Shown one piece after another: positions 12,092 to 23,860 of a stretch of DNA of 64,000 bases; the first letter of the stretch is position 1, and every line of letters begins with the position of its first letter. The position numbers were made by a program, and so were the translations under genes. The notes beneath the pieces are model-generated. The model made no database searches. It saw only the letters and a list, made by a program, of their open reading frames with translations, and had not been told where the DNA came from. Source of the DNA: Tubulanus polymorphus (Eukaryota > Animalia > Nemertea); the NCBI RefSeq assembly GCF_964204645.1, contig NC_134026.1:8641950-8705949 (forward strand), read 5' to 3'.

Positions 12092-15000
12092 ATGGATATG
12101 AATGATCACTCGGCGAATGTTACGATGACGGAATCAACGACTCGAATGAATTTGAATCCCAACTCAACCCTTCCTCCGGGTGATGCGGCCGCCTTACCGA
12201 TGCCAATACTGTTCGTTATCGGCGCAATATTGTCAGTATGCGCCGTGGCAGCCGTTCTGGGCAACGCGCTGATTCTATTCATTTTAGTCAGGTAAGCGTA
12301 TTGAAAATTTTTCTGAAACCCGTGTAATATATTTTTCAATATGCAAGCAATGTACGTCAGATGTATCGATTTGCGGAAATGGAAGATTAGATTCTGTGGT
12401 CAGTTGTCCAAAATTTTGTTCAAGAAAACTTCTGCTTCAATCACCGCGCAGCTTGTTATAGTTACCGCCATGTGGAGACAATCGAACAAGCCTGACATTA
12501 TCTGACGTTTTACTCTAAACCTCTAACTTTCGAATAACTGACTCCGGGCTTGTTATCGTTGTTGTCTATTTTCCGCGCAGTAACAGTGTATTATCTCACA
12601 GTCGGGAGTTCTATTGTGAGGAAACAGGTCACTTCGCAATAGATATCGTCACAACGTCCATTCACAAAACAAGTCAGAGCCGTGCAATAACATCAACCGA
12701 TTTGCACACTTTACAGCAGTCAAGAGATATAAACATAATAACGAAATACGCGTTTGTTGAATGAAAAACTTAATGAGTGAAAAAATATATTTCTCTCTGA
12801 AAACAAAATAATTTTTTAATACAAATAAATAGTTTAAGGCATTCTCAGCACTAAATTTATAATTTCTCAGAAAACTCTTCTCAGAAAAATTTCTTTTAAA
12901 TATCATCCATAAAATCTGTTAGGATATCGAAATTCGGGATATTTCCATCGCAGAACTTCAGCAAATCTGCATCCGATATTTCACAGTAACGCTCGTCGAA
13001 CAGGCCGAACTGAGATGAAGACTTATTTAGTAGTTTTTCAGCCTGTTGTACTGATTTCACGAGGGAACTGTCGTCTATTCCGTTGTCGTCGAAAAACTTT
13101 GTTAGTTTTTCTTGCGGATCTGCGGGGCCATACAATATGAAATCGTTTTCAGCAAATTCATCTGCTGACAGGCAAAAATTGTTGTAATCTGGGATAGGTA
13201 GTAATGCTCTCTGCGGTGTCTGTATTTCATTGATGTCAGCAGGTGTGTCTAATAAGTGGCTGATTTCTGCGTGTTGTTCATTGCTTGTTTTCTTATATGC
13301 TCTAACAGCAGTTGACCGGTGTCCTGTTCGTTGCATAATTAACTGCTCGTCGATTCCTTCTCGAAACAACTGGGTTGCAGTAGTAACCTTGCCACTATGA
13401 CCGGTGAAGTGACCAGCAAAACCAGCTTCTTGCACCATATTTGGTATATAACTTGCGAACTTATTAACGCCAACGGCTGTAGTGAGAAACGGATATCTCC
13501 TTCAAACAGCGATTCCAATGGCCTTCTATAAAACCTTCCGAAAGGTGGTATTTTTGACAAGTAGAAATAGAGAATCTTGTACACGCTGTATAAATTGTCG
13601 CTGATGTCATACTGTTTGATATTTTTCATTTCAATGTGTCGTTGAGATAATCCGCCACTTGTATTTTTTGAGTTCTTGCCCTGGAATCTGATAAATCTGC
13701 CGCCGTCGTCTTCACCGAAACTAAACTGCTCTACGTCCAGGTTTAAGTGCTCATCTCGTGATCTTAAGCCGAAGACTTTGCAAGCATAAGAATACACAGT
13801 TCTACTAAGGGCCAATGAACTGCTGATCCCCAATAATCCTTTTTCCTACAGAACACGTTCTTGTTCTTGGGTGATAGGTTCTGCTTGGCGTTTATTAAGA
13901 GTTATCGCGGCCGTTAAACTCTTCATCTCAGCGTCAAGAACTTGGCGAAATCGAAAGAAGTAATTGTTACTACTGTCAATGAAATTGAACTCGGCTCTTC
14001 CACATTCAAATCTTACGTAACGTTGGATGCCAGCCACAATCGAATACAACGTTTTTGGGGGATATTTATCTCCATCCTGTTTCCGTATCTCTAGTACAAA
14101 ATAGCAGAGCAGCTCATAAAATTTTCCAGCAGTTATGTATTTTAGTTGCTGGATTCCTGGTATTATTGGCTGTCCCATCTGCCTCGCATTGTTTCTTTCA
14201 TTGCTCCAGTCAGTCCATATCTTTTTTGCCCAGTTTGTTGTCCGCTGGGTGTTTCTGGGCACACCAGTATTTATTTTCGCAGATATGTCCTTCTCAGAGA
14301 CACATCCAAATCGCGACATCGCTCAAACGCTGTGCTATTGTCAAATGCGGTGCAATCGATTCGTAAAGGCTGTAAAGTGTAGCGATATCAATGAAAATGC
14401 ATGGGTCAAAACGCTTTTCAAAGGGTGTGAGATAAATAGGCTATTGCACGTTGGAAATCTCGGCGCTAACGCGCCTCGATTTCCACCGTGCAATAACCTA
14501 CACATAGTTGCCGAAGTACGTAATTAATACCGATCACAAATTCATACAAAAGTCAGATATGATTTTAGCATTCTTTGCCTTTATGGGCGGTATAGGGTTC
14601 AACAGTTTTCTGATGGAACGTTAATTCTAGAGCCAAACTTTACCGTTATTTGCGTAACTAGATGGTTCACCCAGTTCCAGACTGTTTGCGTCCAGTTCCA
14701 CTATTATTAGAATAGAGTGGAATAGAATCGCAATTGAAAAGTTTTCGTTAAAAAGTTTGAAGTTAGATTAAAATTAGTTAGTTTGTCAATTTTCAACTAC
14801 TAAGCAGTGAAATTAACTGGATGAAGGACATGATTTGTCGGATGTTAAGCGCTTCTGGCAGACGTGACGATCTGTAATCAAATTGCCACTATCGATTAGT
14901 TAGCTGATTTGTTTATGCGGCTCTAAGAGATTTGTACGTACGTCTGATTTCGCAATATCAGGAGTCCCTGTTAGGCCGTATTATAATCCTAATACCATAG

Positions 15001-17638
15001 CATAATCAGTCGAGACGCTCACTGTAGTCGTCTGGGCCCGGTTCAATAGTCAATAAGGCTGAGATTTAAGGCCAGTTTAAGACCATCTTAGCTCTATGGG
15101 CAATCTAACAACTTAAGACCAGCCTTAAGATATAAGACCACTTTTCGACATGGAACCGGCCCAGGATCTAATCTCACGGAAAAGTTTACCTGAAATTCTT
15201 GGTTCAATGTTTTGTTCGTAAAAAATCTCAACGATTTTTGAATGACCATTCTGATCTCATTGCCCGGAAAGCATTCGCGTTGACGCATGTGAATTTCATT
15301 TGCTTAAAACGCGCGAAAGGGCGTTACCACTATTCTATAGATTATATTTCCCTAGATTTACGTACATTTAACAATCCGTATCATTTCAAGGAATTTTTTG
15401 TTAAGATTTTGGACTTAAGTTTGTTTGATTGGTTGAAGAACCAAAACGAATCTAATCTAAGGCCCCAAAAAAATGAAACCTTGTTTTCATTTCACCTCTT
15501 GTGTAAGCCAAAAGAGGGCGAAGGTATCATGAAGAAACACCCACAATATCAATTCAACTAGTTATTGTTTTTCTTTCTTAGTCCTGGAACTACTTAACCG
15601 GATTTTTACACTTGGGCCGGATTGTGCGCATCGTGACGGATACAACTGGCAGGGTCGTAGAGACCAACTAACATAGCTGCGTCATCGTTTTTCTTTTGCT
15701 TATTTTGATATTTTAATATTCTAGTCTTCAACTGCGTGTTCATTTTACACCAGTAATAAGATTCATTTCTTAATTTTTCAGACACAGATGTTTTTCTGGC
15801 TATACACATTACCTGACTGTAAACCTAGCCGGTTGTGACCTGGCTCAAGCTTTGTTCGTAGCGCCTATGGTTGCAGGAGCTTGTTTTAAAGGAAAATGGA
15901 TAAGTGGGGAATTTGGTGAGCTTACGACTGTTGTATTCATTCGATTCCATTCAATGTTTCGTTTATCATAAAATCTTACACGCATTGTGGATGATATGAA
16001 TTTCAAGGCTAAAAAATGACACCTTGATTCTCATAATCGGCCGGGTCACTTGTAAACTGCCATAGAATTTGTAATCAGTTCTTTTCTATAACTGCCGGGT
16101 CTGTTATTGTAAGCTGGATGGCCATTTCTTGTTTTAAAAAAGTAATACACATGCGGCCGGCCGGGTCAACTTTTTTTAGCTCAGCAGAAATGAGAAACAA
16201 GGTATCAATTTTTCAGCCTTAGGCGATAATGAAAAAGAATGCTAAACGATTATGTGTAAAAAGTAACCACGAATATCTAATATCAACAAGTCAACTGGGA
16301 GATGGCGAAAACGGAATAGATTTAGATATTCATGGCCCAAATGCCTTGTCTGTAGATCTGCCGATAATTGTGGCTAATGAATGCGATGAAATGAATATTC
16401 TAAATTGGGCTTCCGTGTGGATATTCTCAAATTGGGTGGACATTTCATTCACATCGTTGAAGATGCAGATTTTCCTATCTAGGGCACACCGTTACAGTTA
16501 ATGAGATTTGGCCTTCAATCTATTCATAACTACTATGCGTTGGTTCTGTCTGGAGTCGATGTACATAACATCATCAATGGCGTTCCCTTCAAAACAACAA
16601 TATTACATCCTGTGAATTCTTGCATTTAACTTGTAATTAGATATTTCATAACTCTTATTTCATACTTGGTAAATTTTGATAATTTGAGAGGATGTGCCCT
16701 ACGTCATCAATCGGGGCTAGACTGGTTGCCGGTCAATTCAATTATCGATATATTCAAATTCACATAACTTTATTGATCCCTGATATTATGTAATTATATG
16801 TTATATTATTCATTTACGATAATGCGTTATTTTTCAAGGTATCAATAAACGTTCAAGTTTGTTTTCTTGTACTAAAGTCTACTCCGCTCGGGGGGGGGGG
16901 GGGGATTTTTATCGGTACCGCTCTCCGGATATTGAGTGACAGATATTTTCCCGAGTAAAATTCCGGCTGTTTAACTAAGGCATATTTAGCGTATTTCCCT
17001 GCTTAATATATTTCATAACGCTCACAGATCATGTTTGAATTTAGTTAAGAAATTCTGTCTTATTCAAAAAGCGCCTGTATGAGTCGAGAGAATAGATGTA
17101 AATCTTAGGCCAATTCCAGTCATGTTTCCAGTCCAATCTAGTTTGATACACGTGTATCTAGAAAATTTTGACAGTCCCGGGGCTGGCGCTATAACGAGCT
17201 TTGACTGTAGTTCCCTTGATATTCCCGATGGTGGCTCAGGGATGTAGGGAGGGTTTCGGGGGTCTTGACTTCCCACCTTCCCAATGAAGATGCCATTCTT
17301 TCAAGGCTCGATAATTAAAACAGGTTGATTCGATTTTAATTCAAATGTAGAAGAAACCGAGTTAAGTATAAACTCTTCTAGCGAACCCGTTTCTCGTGGA
17401 ATCCTCGCTTGTCCAGGCCCATCCAGTTTTGATGGAATTTTGAAAAATTTTGAAAATTAGATAAAACAACAAAAGCTGATATTGGAGTGGAAATGGATGG
17501 AATTCCTTCTAAGCACCTTGTCCTCAAAAGCTTTGCTTCAGCTTTTTTTTGCAAATTGTCCTTGAATTAAGTGAGTTCGGAACCTATCGTGAGAACTAAC
17601 AATTAAGTGTTGACAAGTAAGTCAGTTTTTTTAAAACG

Positions 17639-17731
<93 letters not shown>

Positions 17732-19439
17732 TTTCAATATAGAACTTTTCATTTCTGGCTGAATTTATCGTAGCAGGGGCGGATCCAGGGGGATGGGTAG
17801 ACAGTATTGGAAGGAAATTTAAGGGCACCTTTCTGATCTTAGGACACACCCAGTATCCAGGTCAATGCGAGCGCCGAAGGCGCGAAGTCCTTAGATGGGG
17901 GTCTGGGGTCATTTTGAAAATATGGTACCATTTAAAGGCTTTTAGAGGGCTTCTAGAGGCTAGCAGAGCAATCCAGAATAAACGAATTCGAGACAAGATT
18001 TCAACAGATGCGGATAAAAAATGAAGCTGGCGAACCCATGAAAGAATGGTTGTCCCCAACTTCGCCTAGTGCCCCTATAATCTTTAAAAGTGCCCCTTAA
18101 CAATTATACAGAATACGGCTAAGTGCCCCTTCATTGTTAACAATCGGCAAAAATTGCCTCGTCTTCATATTTATCCTTATGTCGTGTGCCATCTTCCAAA
18201 CCAAAAGTGCCCCTAAAATTTTAAAAATTAGGTAAAAAAGTGCCCTTTTCTTCAACATTTTCCGCGTATAGTGCCCTCTTCTAAAGTACGAGTGCCCCTT
18301 TAGCCCTCCCTGAAAATGCAAGGACAAGGTGCCCTCATCTAAAGCATGAGTGCCCCTTGCAAAAGGAAAGTGCCCTTTTTAATTTAACATGATTAAATGC
18401 TTTACAAATATGATTATCTCTCCTCACTTTCTCGGCAGCAGTATATACCGATTAATTTTATAATTATGCCCGGATTACGGACACGGAATTAGCGGTTGCT
18501 GAAATAATGCCGTCAAAAATATTGCCGGTGAAATTTCGAAGGGCACTTAAAAATTCTAGACCGTATTGGGCAATACGGCTAATACGGTCTGGATCCGCCC
18601 CTGCGTAGGATTTCTCTCGTTGTGAATCTGTATATATTTCTATGTACTTTCTTTTATTAGGTTGCTCGGTCGATGGCTTTTCGATGACAATGTTGGGATT
18701 CATTTCGATATATTCGACGATGGGGATCGCGCTGGATCGCTGCTTCGCTATCAAAACTTCATATAAACCTATGAAAGGAAAACTATCCGTCTCCAGGCAG
18801 ATGGCTGTTGTATTTGCTGTTTGGTCAGCGGGGTTTATCTGGGCTATGCCCCCGCTAGTAGGCATTTGCGGTTACGCGAGTGAGGTTACACCCGTTTCCT
18901 GTTCATATGATTTTCTGAACAAGGAGAAATCGTGCGTCTCGTTTATAATATCCGCTGTCGTCGCGGGATTCATCATTCCACTTACAGCTACGTTATTTAC
19001 GTTCCATAAAGTATACAGCGCGGTCGTCGAGTATCAAGATCGAATTCGCGAAACCGACTTCAAGAAAGGGCTTCGTTCTAAAGGGCGCTGGAAACGCCGT
19101 AAGATGGCGCTCGCCACTGATTTAGCCCGAATGTCTATAGCCTCAATGGCGTTGTTCTGTGCATCGTGGTTGCCCTACACGATCTTCGCTCTTGTCACCA
19201 TGTTTTACCACTCGCCATCTTCATTTTCATGGCTCTCGGCTCTACCGCCGATTCTCGCTAAGATATCCACCATACTGCATCCGGTAATGTTCGGACTGCT
19301 CGACCATAAAGTTCGGAAACGCATATACTCGATTTTCTGCATGAAAAGAGGCCCCGCATCCATTTATAACTCAACAGAAGAGCAATACGTTTTTGCAAGT
19401 TTGGATGTCAGTAGATCCGAGGATTCCTCATTGCAATAG
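12092..19439 (+). CDS. Divergent opsin (r-opsin/melanopsin-like gene structure), 3 exons, 370 aa
   Basis: Exons 12092-12291, 15782-15915 and 18661-19439 (GT-AG, phases 2 and 1) total 1113 nt in one open frame. Seven TM segments: GN in TM1, NLAGCDL in TM2, C110 and C187 equivalents, YASE..SCSYDF in ECL2, SWLPY in TM6, and the retinal-binding Lys in LAKIST (codon 19260-19262). Confidence 0.88.
12680..14500 (-). mobile_element. Crypton (CryptonA-like, DUF3504/tyrosine recombinase) DNA transposon in opsin intron 1; left boundary uncertain
   Basis: Contains the disrupted recombinase ORF. A 64-bp hairpin lies at 14437-14500, and its arm motif ccgtgcaataac is repeated at 12680-12691. Confidence 0.8.
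12896..14319 (-). pseudogene. Crypton tyrosine recombinase (ZMYM/KCTD1/QRICH1-related DUF3504 domain), about 474 aa when repaired
   Basis: The three track ORFs join into one protein via an in-frame TAG at 13846-13848 (ERVL*EKGLLG, expected LW..GLLG) and a 1-nt deletion near 13470 (QPL-GVNKF). Motifs: PRNTQRTTNWA, FVLEIRKQDGDKYPPKTL, FGLRSRDEH, SKN, HSGK, TGHRS, VRAYK. Confidence 0.85.
16006..16219. mobile_element. MITE with AGGCT...AGCCT TIRs (Harbinger-like); inverted copy at about 36675-36894
   Basis: TIRs aggctaaaaaatgacaccttgattctcat / atgagaaacaaggtatcaatttttcagcct. The internal ggccgggtcaacttt motif is shared, reverse-complemented, with the 36.7 kb copy. Confidence 0.65.
17642..17729. 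repeat. (TA)n microsatellite
   Basis: About 44 uninterrupted TA units in opsin intron 2. Confidence 0.98.
17774..18603. mobile_element. Non-autonomous DNA transposon with CAGGGGCGGATCCAG TIRs, a 5-bp TSD and internal GTGCCC repeats
   Basis: caggggcggatccag ... ctggatccgcccctg, flanked by cgtag on both sides. Related termini occur at about 23344-23797, 31170, 62401 and 63098. Confidence 0.8.
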
Positions 19440-20918
19440 ATTCAACCAAAATTCATAAAGACTAGTCTTTATGAATATTTCGATTCAACGCATAGTGTAA
19501 TATGACCATCCAATCTTTGACCACACACTGTGGACGGACTCACACACAGTGGGCTTCTCTATTTGACCACACTCAGTGGACGACCACACCTAGCAGGCAA
19601 CTCCCGGGAAACAGCCTCCAGACTGCACACAGAAAGTCCCTCAAAGACTTTCATGGTAACAAAGCCAAGCCGTAAACAACCACAACGTACAAGCACGTCT
19701 AATAGCGTGGAAAACCAAAGCCAAACTGATTTCTTCCGTCTGTCCGCAGCCCGACGTACTGAGAATACGTATATATATATATGACGTATCAACTCGGAGC
19801 CATCCCCTTCGCCTGCCTCCGGGCAAAATTCAGCCTTGAACTTCTTATGCGTACAGCACACACCTTGCACTGAAAAGAAGAAACCGATATAGAATCTAAT
19901 AAAGTTGCTCTCTTGCTTATCTTGTAAATGATTCCCGTGGGCAAAAACTGGATCATAAAATCGAAGTTCATCAAAATTTTCTTCAGTAATTAATGAAGCA
20001 AGAAGCACTTCCGCCATTAGCGAAATGTGGAGAGATTGCTAATTCGGGTCTATACAATTCATATACCGACAAACGATATCAGCATTATGTAGTGGAATGT
20101 ATCAGTACAAATATAATACAATCCGTCAATTTTGTCCCCAGCACGTCCTAAAAGCCGTAAAAATATATATTTAATGTATGTATATTTAAGCATATATTCT
20201 TCTATATGCTTTAACGAAATCTACGTCATTTTACCTTTCTGTTTCAATTTTTTATCGAGCCATTTTCACTTCCCAAAGCAATTATCGCGGGTCATTAATG
20301 TACAACACTATTTACATCCTATTTCTAGGACCCGATCTGATCGTCGTAGCTAATCAGCGACGAGTTATGCGTCACCTTTAGACTCGGTGATGATCTAGTC
20401 GTTGTCGTCGACCTGAGTTCACTAGATCGTGAGACGGACGGACCTACGAGCAATTATCTCAACTGTTGAGACGATTGCTCGTATATAGGTGAGACAAATG
20501 ATTCGGCAATCAACGGTCATGTTTACTACTGCTGTTTGGGTCGTAAGTCGACCTGAGCTTAGCTTAAAGATAAGTCAGATTTAGGGAGATCTCCTGAAAA
20601 AATTCGATTCACTATCTGTGTATATAGTATAATACAATGGGTATAATACAATGTATATTCTATGCTTCGAATTATTTTTGGTCTGTGGAGATTTTCGATC
20701 AAATCTTGTACGTACAACAAATATTGATATTTAATCTAACTAAATTCATTTTCTATACATTAAAGTCTAACCTATTTGTGTCAGAATTATGAAAATATCT
20801 TTGATTCGTACTCACAATAGATCTTAAAAAAATGAATTGTACCTGTAACAAAGACTTTGGATATCTCTGGATCGAAGTTGAATTGATTTTTCCAATACTG
20901 TTACGCGAGAAGACACCC

Positions 20919-21003
20919 CAGTACACTCTCAGACAGTCAGTATGCTCAGACAGTCAGTACTCTCAGACGGTCAGTACACTCTCAGACAGTCAGTACACTC
21001 TCA
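20919..21003. repeat. Short tandem repeat (17-19 bp unit cagtacactctcagacagt) immediately upstream of a GPCR ATG
   Basis: About 4.5 imperfect copies are visible. Confidence 0.85.
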
Positions 21004-21020
21004 TCTGATCCCCAAGAATC

Positions 21021-21968
21021 ATGAATTCTTCTGAGATGCAAATTGGTCGAGCTTACAGCAGTAACATGGTTCTCATGTCTGTGGTAAACAAGTCTGGAAT
21101 GTATCGCACTGTGACACTGGTAATTCTATCAGTCGTGTTCCTGTTGGGAGTCTTCGGAAATTCAGCTACGTTCTTGATAATGACAAGTCGCAAATTTCGC
21201 AGGTTATCTTACGCTAATTATCTCATAGTTTTATCTCTCAGTGATTCTATATACTGCATTAGTATAACTTTGATGCCTGTTTTACAGTTTTTTCTCTTGC
21301 ATTTAAGAACAGGTCCTGTATTGTTGATGAATTCACTGATCAGTTGTCAAATATATTATTTTGTAGTGACGCTGGCCGGCTGTAATAGTTCATGGTTTAT
21401 AGTAGCTATGTCTTTAGAACGTGCGGCAGTTGTGCTCTTCCCGTTCACATCTCGTTTGATATGTACACCGAGATTCGCTAGATTCACTATATTGATAATT
21501 ACTACAGTGAATGTACTGTTTCTATATCTTGCAGCGGCTTTGTTGATGCACTTCGACTTTTTGTTTGGTTGTTATTTTCAATTAGTTTACCAAATAATAT
21601 ATTTCATCGTAATTGTTGTCTACGTTTACGTTATACCGTTAACTTTGATCATTTTGTCAAATTCTGTAATAATATTTCAGTTATTCAGAGGTTCAAAAAT
21701 GGTTTCGTCTGATCAGAAAACTACAAAATCAAAACGTACAACAATAATGCTTGTAACAGTTTCACTCGCATTCGCAATATTCACACTTCCGACCACTGTT
21801 ACTTCATTGTTACCAATCTCACCAGAAAAGAGAGAATTTCTATATGACATTTTCAATCAGCTCTTTATGTGTAACTATGTGGTAAATTTCTATATATATC
21901 TTTTGCTGGGACGAGAAATCCGTGAATATTTCTTTATGAAAATCCGCTGTAGAAATTCAGTCAAATAA
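21021..21968 (+). CDS. Intronless class A GPCR, orphan peptide-receptor-like, 315 aa
   Basis: Seven hydrophobic segments with GN (TM1), LSLSD (TM2), C...SLERAAVVLFP (TM3), IP...SN (TM5), TIML...FTLP (TM6), NFYIY (TM7) and EIR (helix 8). Confidence 0.88.
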   Translation: MNSSEMQIGRAYSSNMVLMSVVNKSGMYRTVTLVILSVVFLLGVFGNSATFLIMTSRKFRRLSYANYLIVLSLSDSIYCISITLMPVLQFFLLHLRTGPVLLMNSLISCQIYYFVVTLAGCNSSWFIVAMSLERAAVVLFPFTSRLICTPRFARFTILIITTVNVLFLYLAAALLMHFDFLFGCYFQLVYQIIYFIVIVVYVYVIPLTLIILSNSVIIFQLFRGSKMVSSDQKTTKSKRTTIMLVTVSLAFAIFTLPTTVTSLLPISPEKREFLYDIFNQLFMCNYVVNFYIYLLLGREIREYFFMKIRCRNSVK

Positions 21969-23257
21969 CCATCAATTTCAAGTTTCAAGTTTTACTTATA
22001 TAATTTATCCGACAAAGATAGATGGCTGGATTACTACATAAAATTTGTCGGTACACCCCCCGAGACAATCGAGGACGTGTATGTCGATGGCTTGGCGAGG
22101 ATGTCTAGTCTTTTCGCTTGTAGGCCTACATCTTCACCCGTCAAAGGATTCAAACTCACTAAGCTAAAGCCATTCCCGAACCCCTTGACCTGGCGACTCT
22201 TTGGAGTCGTTACCAGCTGACCAAAATCGGGCTTATCACAGCGATTGTAACAAACGGCATTAGACTTCTGTTGAATTTCCGGTTAAATGGAACATTTTAG
22301 CGAATAATCGGTAACTACTTTCGGTCATAATCGGATAGGAAAAGAAAATTGTAACCACAGTTACGCATATAGGACGAGCTGGGCCAAGTGGATGGTATGA
22401 TATGCACACTGGTCAGTGTTCTCAGCTCCACGGTGTTATGGTGGATGGGGAGAAACAGAAAACAACCTTGGTCCTGGCAAACAAACCACAGCTCCCACCA
22501 CTCTACCCCTACCACATAAAATAATCCCCAACCTCACAAATAAAACCCTAACCTCCTAACCTAACAGCCGACTGAAAAGAGGCCCTAATGAATCGAACTG
22601 CAGAATATAAATCAAGAAACAAACGTACACTCGAACACTTATTAAAAACAAGTATATCATTATTGAGAAGTCGGAAGCCCTAATCTCGGTAATACATTAT
22701 CCTGCGCTACGAGCAATACAGCTCGTAGTCATGCATGGGCGACGATATGTTTGATAATGATAATGATTTGCTCATGATATGAATAATTTACAAAAATATA
22801 AATCAGCTGAGGACAGTCGAAATTAAGAGGGGAGAGCAGTGTTACGCATACGTAGGACAAGCTGTAAACCACTTGCCAAGTGGACTAATTCTACTGGTTA
22901 GCACGCTTGCAAATATGCAAATATGCAATTATAAGGAAAGTTGGTAAATTTCTAAATGAAGGAACTCGCAATAAAAAAACAATAAATCGGATTAGAAATT
23001 TGAATAGGCATTCGAAAAAAATACTCTGCAAAATCAACTCATGCAAACGAATCATCTTTCATAACATTTTGTACGGATGACAACGAATGTAATTGAAAAA
23101 TGCAATCAGATGAATTGCAAATTAAGAAATTTAAGAGAAATGACAGCTGTTAATGTCAAATGTGAATGTGGAGACACAGATACAGGATACAGATATTTCA
23201 ACAACTGTTAATCCCCAACAACAGAATGAATCACACCCTGGAACATTAGTTGAGGTC

Positions 23258-23860
23258 AAATCGAAAAAGCCAAGGCCACAAAATGTCAGATAAAACGTTT
23301 TCAGGAACAGAGTAGTAAATATCTGAGTCCAGCTCGCGCAACGAGGGGCGGATCCAGGGACCACTATTGAGATGTAACCCACGACTAATAAGGGAAACAA
23401 TTTGAAGATGTACTGCGTTTGGTGCAAATTTCCGAGCAATAATGAAAACCTGATGCAAAGAAGTGCCTTTTTGTTGAAACTATCTTCCTCGTTTAGAAAA
23501 TATGTGCCCTTTTAATTTCTTTGGAATTCACAAAGGCGACTTTAAGTGCCCTTTCTCATCAATGGCATATCCAGGGAGTGCGCCGGGTTCGCGCGATCCC
23601 CTTTTTTCGACCAAGTGACCTTGGAATTTTCTCCCCAAGATTTTTGTTTAGAAATTGGTGAAATTGTGGGCGTATTTTATTCCATATTTTAAGCAGGAAA
23701 GTGCTCAGAATGAACCAAGATGTATCTACTATACTACGGGCCGAAATGTTTGCGTCGGTAGCTCGTGCCTACGGTGCTACCGCCTGAATCCGCGCCTGAG
23801 ACCTGTAGATGCTCCATCCGTAAATAGTTTCAAGTCTCGCCTAGACAAATTTTGGAACAT
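23258..23860 (+). mobile_element. Degenerate CR1 LINE 3' ORF2 fragment, interrupted by a GGGGCGGATCC-family MITE (about 23344-23797)
   Basis: NVFRNRVVNI* (W>stop) lies left of the insertion and VDAPSVNSFKSRLDKFWN lies right of it. Together they form the CR1 C-terminal consensus. Confidence 0.7.

Noticed and set aside
19559-20017. 152-aa minus-strand ORF downstream of the opsin (possible transposase fragment)
   Set aside because: No recognisable motif in any frame, and it runs through a TA microsatellite.
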